Part shown: positions 58,537-64,000 of the stretch, one piece after another
Numbering within the stretch: the stretch's first letter is position 1
Layout of the letters: every line of letters begins with the position of its first letter
Notes under the pieces: generated by a model
What the model saw: only the letters and a program-made list of their open reading frames with translations
Database searches by the model: none
What the model was told of the DNA's origin: nothing
NCBI GenBank assembly: GCA_963765895.1
Contig: CAVXZB010000084.1
Span: forward strand, 224,001 to 288,000
DNA length: 64,000 nt
Origin: an uncultured Nitrososphaeraceae archaeon
GTDB taxonomy: Archaea; Thermoproteota; Nitrososphaeria; Nitrososphaerales; Nitrososphaeraceae
Direction: 5' to 3'
Program-made: the position numbers and the translations under genes

Positions 58537-58990
58537 CTAGTATGAGATCTTAGTCTCCCCAAGCAAAGTACGGCGCAGATTTTTCATCCTGATGATGAGT
58601 GTGTTAAAATCTTCTAAAGTCATCTTCTCAATCCCCTCGATTTTGTCTTTTAAAGTTGACTTCGTTTCATCATCAAATAATCTGGGCCGACCTCCCGTCT
58701 TTGAATTTAACCTTGACTCCACGCTGCGATCTTCTCTGTGAAAGGATATTTACTAAGGTTACAATTATTCCAGTCCCTGAGAACATAACTATACAACAAT
58801 TAGTCGACCGACGGAGGTGACCAGATAATAATCACCATATCCTACAGTTGTAATTGTAACTATAGCCCAGCAAAATGTGTCACCTAAGCTAGTTATTCGC
58901 GCCTTGTTGCTGGTGTTCGGCTAGATACACGCCAATACCACCAAATATCATGATTGTAAAATTAGGATTATTAGAATAACAAAATCAAAT
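58537..58990 (-). pseudogene. Potassium channel (KcsA-like 2TM) pseudogene
   Basis: ITSLGDTFCWAIVTITTVGYGDYY..T.VGR selectivity filter at ~58800-58900, interrupted by frameshifts and stops. Confidence 0.82.
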
Positions 58991-59487
58991 TTTATCTTTA
59001 GGAATGTGTAGAGGCGATCACTTCTCATGAATAGAATATTGTTGGGCCATTATGTACAAAATATAGCTCCTACACGTGATAAATTGCGAGAGCGTTAACA
59101 TAAAATTCGAATTTCCTAGTCTGGGCTCGGTACCGTCTTCTAGAATCTAACCACATGAATAATATTTCTAATTCTGAAAAATTAAAGAAAATAACAAGAA
59201 ATGTAAATGACAGTTAGATATAGAAATCAATTTTTCTACATTTTACAGGTGGGATTAAAGGTACATATCTACTATTAATCTCTAGCTTTATCCTATGTCT
59301 TGTATATATTGCTGTATTTCCATTCTATTCACCATGCGGATCAACTATTATATGCCAAGAATCCCCGAATATGACTCTTGGGTCGAATCCCCATTCCAAC
59401 GTAATGCGTGACCGACACACTATCATTCTCCACGTGAAACACCAAACTGACGTCAAGAATGTGTTAGGGATGTGACGTTCGATTATA

Positions 59488-60036
59488 CTATTTAATCATA
59501 TCAGTCTCTTGCTCTGGGTGTACTTGTTGGTGGTAACACCTGCTCTCTGGGCCTGATGAAATATAGTTTAGGATATTTTGTTTGGTTGTTGAATAAGATC
59601 CCTTTCCTCTAATTTTATCGTGGATCTCTTCGGTACCATCTAGGGAAATCCAGTAGAAATATAATTTTTCAAATCGTCTTAGAGGGAATGTTCCATTTGT
59701 TACAACACATATTCTTCTTGGCATTTCCTCGCAGAAAGCCTCTATAATATCTGGACGCATAGTTGGCTCGCCTCCCACCAGTGTAACGACAAATATTTGT
59801 TGTTTTTTAAATGTATTTTTAATTATTATTCTCCAATCCTGTGCGCTTAGGTCTTCTGAATCATTTTTTCTATTCAACCACCAGTAGCAATGACTACAAT
59901 GTAAATTACAGACATTGTTAACGTCTACCGAGCCGTAAATAGCCGGTTTTGCCTTAGTTATTTTAATCCAAGCAACTATCACAATAATACTGGAATAACT
60001 TTCTCAAAGTAAAATATCGGCGGTTGAAAAACCCAT
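59488..60036 (-). pseudogene. Truncated radical SAM protein
   Basis: CNLHCSHC, VGGEP, VTNG, ISLDG..HDKIRG; the N-terminus has stops and shifts, and the C-terminal half is missing. Confidence 0.8.
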
Positions 60037-60375
60037 TCCTGATTTGGATTTTGGAAACAGATACAAGATATCAACTTGTAAAAGAATGAACTCCCGTATG
60101 TGCTATGCTACCGAGAATGCTGGTAAGCATTGCTTGTTTTCGCTTTCAGGTGTTAAGTTTAGAGGTCAAAATATTTTAGGTACCGTTGTCTAATTTTGAT
60201 TCTTGTTACAAAGATCCAGATTAATACCGTCTGCAAGCGAATTATGCATAAATACCACTATTTCAATAGATTATCATTGTCATTATAATCACGGCACAGT
60301 CTCGCTAAGGTAAGGATTAAGTGATAAATAAAAACCTAAAAAAATGGGTAGATTGATTATTTATTGGACTAACAT

Positions 60376-61263
60376 ATGAATCAATCTACAGAGACCATAC
60401 CCCTAAGCTTCAATAAATTGTATCCCTTCATAAAATGGGCTGGAGGAAAATCCCAAATCCTTTCCACAATAGATGGCTTGATTCCAGCATACTTTGGCAG
60501 ATATTTCGAACCATTCCTTGGCGGTGGCGCAGTGTTTCTGCATATAACTAACAAAAAGAAAATTCATTTTGATGCCTTTCTGTCAGACTTAAATGAAGAA
60601 TTAATTAACGCATATACCGTTGTAAGATCGAATAGTGAAAGACTAATTGAGATTTTAATCACTCATGAACAGGAATATAACATATCTCCGGCTAGGTTTT
60701 ATTATAATTTGCGGGATAGCTCCATTCCGCTCAGAAGGAATTTAGTTGAGAGGGTGGCAAGGTTTATTACGCTTAATAAGACATGTTATAACGGTCTTTA
60801 TAGGGTAAACAAGCAGGGTAAGTTCAATGTTCCTATGGGCAGATACAAAAATCCATGCATATGCGATCACGACAACCTTCGGAATTTTAGTAAAGTTCTT
60901 CGAAAGTCCAGTACTCGTATAGAACGCGGTGATTATAAACGAATATTGCTCGAAAATGCGGCGGAGGGTGACTTTGTTTATCTGGATCCGCCGTATGATC
61001 CCACAGGCCCAACTGCTGGATTTACAGGATATACTGACTCTGGCTTCACTTACAAAGATCAATATGAGCTTGCAAATTTGTTCAAGGAACTCGACGATAG
61101 AAAATGTCTAATTCTGCTTAGCAATTCTTATACACCATTGATCAGAGAATTATACTATGGATTTAAAAATATAAAAATGGTGAGTACCTTGAGAGCTATA
61201 AATTCAAATGCGTCAAGACGCACAGGACATACTGAACTATTGATATCCAACTACAGGACATAA
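60376..61263 (+). CDS. dam: Dam-family (D12 class) DNA adenine methyltransferase, orphan
   Basis: KWAGGK, EPFLGGG, YNGLYRVN..G.FNVP.G, YLDPPY, LSNS, ELLI. Confidence 0.92.
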   Translation: MNQSTETIPLSFNKLYPFIKWAGGKSQILSTIDGLIPAYFGRYFEPFLGGGAVFLHITNKKKIHFDAFLSDLNEELINAYTVVRSNSERLIEILITHEQEYNISPARFYYNLRDSSIPLRRNLVERVARFITLNKTCYNGLYRVNKQGKFNVPMGRYKNPCICDHDNLRNFSKVLRKSSTRIERGDYKRILLENAAEGDFVYLDPPYDPTGPTAGFTGYTDSGFTYKDQYELANLFKELDDRKCLILLSNSYTPLIRELYYGFKNIKMVSTLRAINSNASRRTGHTELLISNYRT

Positions 61264-61463
61264 GTCGCGGTATCTCGAATATGACAACGTTGGAGAGCAG
61301 GATTTAAAATTATGCTAAATATTATGAGGTAACATGTGAAATGGAAATCAAGATTCTAGCTATTCTCGGTTAAAAACAAACATGATAGCCGCCATCGTCG
61401 AATAATGTATAATAAATATCACCATAAAGCCTATAATCTAAATATGATAAGTTATTAATCAAG

Positions 61464-62157
61464 TTGCATCAGAAAAATTTTGCTAAAGATCATGGAGGCA
61501 GAGTGTTGGAAAATCCAAAGATACAGATTATTCTTTGGGGAGAAAAATGGGAGATTAGTCGAAACAGCAAAATTTTTAGAAACCAGATAGAAGTCGCGCT
61601 TCGCAAGATATTTGATAGTGATTATTTTGTAAAGCTATGTCAATATAGGAATATTCACAAGCCTTCGTTACTGAATATAGTAACAAATACTATATCTAAA
61701 GCTCCGAATTCCTTTACTGATCGTCACATGCAAAATGTCATAATAGATCTGTTATTGAATGGAACTCTGTCCTACGATCATGACACAGCATATATTTTAA
61801 TACCTACGGATGATATGAAATTGTATAATGAAGACCCAGAATTCGTAGATGGTGGCCACGATTATTTCAGGTATAAATTGCATAATGTCCACACTCCTAT
61901 TAGGATACCGTTTGGATATATAATTAATTTCAATGAAATTGAGCAAATAACATTGACTTGCACTCACGAGATTGTCGAGATCGTGACTAATCCTGAGTAC
62001 CGATGGCATATTTGGGCATTCACGAATGTGTAAATATCCCGAAGACAATCAATGCGAACTTGCGGATATTTGCGAGAATGAGTCTGATCGTGCCATTATT
62101 TCAAACATTCTGGTCTCAAGGTACTGGTCTAATGTCGACCAAATGTGTGTTGCATGA
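61464..62157 (+). CDS. Uncharacterised protein with HExxExxTxP / ExADxC / YWSN motifs (Phi-1/EXORDIUM-like); +1 frameshift at ~62001
   Basis: HGG.VL..P....I.WG, THEIVEIVTNP; repair extends it through ELADICE...SRYWSN..QMCVA*. Confidence 0.65.
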
Positions 62158-63029
62158 TACTACAGAACAGATATAATATAGGATTTATTAATATGCTGAA
62201 AGAAATAAAATATTGTTTACGTGTTGATCTTAGCAACAAGAATTTTTAGAAATAGATGGTCAAAGGGTATAGTTTATAACGCAAGACCAGATAAGAACAG
62301 TCGGGGGATCGCGAGTCAAGCTCGTAAAATAAAATCTTTCCAAGTTTGCTATGACTCCTCTAGTTGTGTTCTTTGATATTTGTTCGAATGTCTTTGGTAT
62401 TGATATCTTCTCTTAATAATTCCTTCGGGTTGTCCGCTTATTGTAACGTTATTTTGTAGGCCTTTGCGTCCGGAAACGTCATGTTGTTGACAAGTCTTGT
62501 CGTAGTAATGACGTTATCAGCAAAAGTCCCCCTAACATAGACATAAGCGAATGCATTTGATGATGATGTCCAACTATTAGAAAATCTATAGGCATTTCGA
62601 AATATTGACTCAAAGCAAACTGTGACTGGGTGAGACTTTCTCGTATAGAATCCCATAACTATCCACCATCTCCTTCATTGCTTTAATATCTGCTCATAAT
62701 ATTCTTTAGCGGTGTTAGTGTAACGGGGGGCTGTCCTTATTTCCTCTATTGATTTTTTATGTGGGTCTTAGTTTCATCAAAGGCTTTGTTAAAGTTATCA
62801 TGATATTCAGCAAAAATTATTTCTGTAGCAGTTAGGCTAAATAGTTCAGAAAACAAAGATGCATCATATTGGCCTGCTGAATGTGTCTCATTTGGCTACT
62901 TGGCAACACAATCCTCATGCAAAAGTTTTTTGGATATATTTCCAGCTAATAATGTGCCAATAGTTGGAAATCCAGCCATATGACTATAATATAGTAAGTA
63001 TAAATGTGTTAATAGGAGGATGAAGAGTT

Positions 63030-63389
63030 GTGGTTGTTAAGATCGATTTGTCGCACCTTCCGGTTGGCCTAAAGTCCATCATCATGAATAGCCAAGAGTT
63101 TTCTTTACTTACCAAAGAAAATCATTATGATAAGAATGACGATCTTGTTTGTCTAGAGTTGCCTCAGGAGAATACGGACGAAATAATCAAGATTTTAACT
63201 GTGATCCTATCAAAGAGTAATATAGAGGGGTACAGTGTTGTAGAAAATATGATCGACAAGAACGAAATTGCCATCCTAAAATCTGGAGATATAGAAGAGC
63301 TAGGCATATTTATTTGTGCTCATTGCGGAACCCCATTTCAAAGTCATGAACAAATGATGATACATCAACGTATGCATTATATTTTTTAA
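63030..63389 (+). CDS. Protein with a C-terminal C2H2 zinc finger
   Basis: FICAHCGTPF...MIHQRMH. Confidence 0.8.
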   Translation: MVVKIDLSHLPVGLKSIIMNSQEFSLLTKENHYDKNDDLVCLELPQENTDEIIKILTVILSKSNIEGYSVVENMIDKNEIAILKSGDIEELGIFICAHCGTPFQSHEQMMIHQRMHYIF

Positions 63390-63566
63390 CTGATAACCAG
63401 ATTTGATCCACAACACAAACCGTACATAATCTTACAAGCATACTAATCCTTTATTCGTGAGCTGATTTCCACATCATTCAGCTTTCTATCTAAAACATGT
63501 CAATAAACAAATATCAAGTCCAGTCGCTTAAATTCATATGCCCAAATAAGTAATTAAGGCTATTAA

Positions 63567-64000
63567 TTGCAAGACCTGTATGCCACAATAATCTACGTAG
63601 CACTTTTAATACCGTCATTGTTAGTTGTCAAAGAAACCAGAATGAGAATATCGAATTTTCATTCTGGGATTAGAACTCTATACTTCTTACCAATAACTGT
63701 GGCAGCATTATTAGGATATGTATTCTTCGTAATGCCTGTACTATCTCGTTTTCCTATACTAAATCTCTCTTGGCTTGGCTACAATGTAGCCGCTGGCCCT
63801 TTAGCCCATCAAGGCATTATTGGGGTAATTCCATTTGTTCCGTTGCTTGTTTACATGATGATCCACGTAAATTACTTTGAAGAGTATTATTTCAGGAAGA
63901 ATTCGAAACGTGTACTGATATGGGGATTTTTGCATATCCTCATGGGTGTATCGCTTAACGCAGTGTTCATATTATTACCACTGGGGTTCTTTTATAAATA
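63567..64000 (+). CDS. CPBP/CAAX-protease-like membrane protein (runs off the window end)
   Basis: Open frame from TTG 63567; multiple TM segments, NYFEEYYFR, WGFLH. Confidence 0.65.
   Translation, partial: MQDLYATIIYVALLIPSLLVVKETRMRISNFHSGIRTLYFLPITVAALLGYVFFVMPVLSRFPILNLSWLGYNVAAGPLAHQGIIGVIPFVPLLVYMMIHVNYFEEYYFRKNSKRVLIWGFLHILMGVSLNAVFILLPLGFFYK

Larger units (their letters stand above)
54187..64000. mobile_element. Decayed tRNA-Ser-associated integrated element/variable region; right boundary uncertain
   Basis: tRNA-adjacent integrase remnant, low coding density, multiple pseudogenes, orphan MTase. Confidence 0.55.

Noticed and set aside
1882-61111. Many antisense or overlapping ORFs in the track (e.g. 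1882-2283, 18452-18949, 31610-32125, 41269-41829, 45496-45957)
   Set aside because: Shadows of well-supported genes on the other strand or frame, with no motifs.
62300-62990. GC-rich patch near 62300 resembling a tRNA fragment, and broken minus-strand frames at 62438-62980
   Set aside because: Too short or degenerate to assign.
1-64000. CRISPR arrays, rRNA genes, intact IS transposases
   Set aside because: No regularly spaced repeats, rRNA-like stretches or transposase motifs were seen.

Overview
AT-rich archaeal chromosomal segment. Its gene content points to a soil ammonia-oxidising archaeon (Nitrososphaerota, Nitrososphaeraceae-like): Cbf5, Rpo3, the exosome superoperon, a CdvB/ESCRT-III paralog, Amt, GlnA, class II RNR, AhbAB and a cupredoxin. 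Positions 1-54 kb are mostly housekeeping genes plus four tRNAs. Three tRNAs carry introns, including non-canonical ones at 30/31 in tRNA-Phe and at 53/54 in a two-intron tRNA-Gly. After tRNA-Ser(GCT) at 54.1 kb lies a decayed integrated element with an integrase pseudogene, several other pseudogenes and an orphan Dam-family methylase. The strongest window-wide signal concerns the roughly 16 frameshifts splitting otherwise intact genes (glnA, amt, ftsY, htrA and others): 14 are best repaired by deleting one base at or beside the palindromes GTAC or AGCT. This most likely reflects long-read consensus errors caused by DNA modification at those motifs, so the errors would reveal the methylome. 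The most intriguing protein is a wHTH + ATP-cone + apparently inactive class III RNR fusion, a candidate nucleotide-sensing regulator. All calls come from reading the sequence and recalling family motifs; no searches were run.
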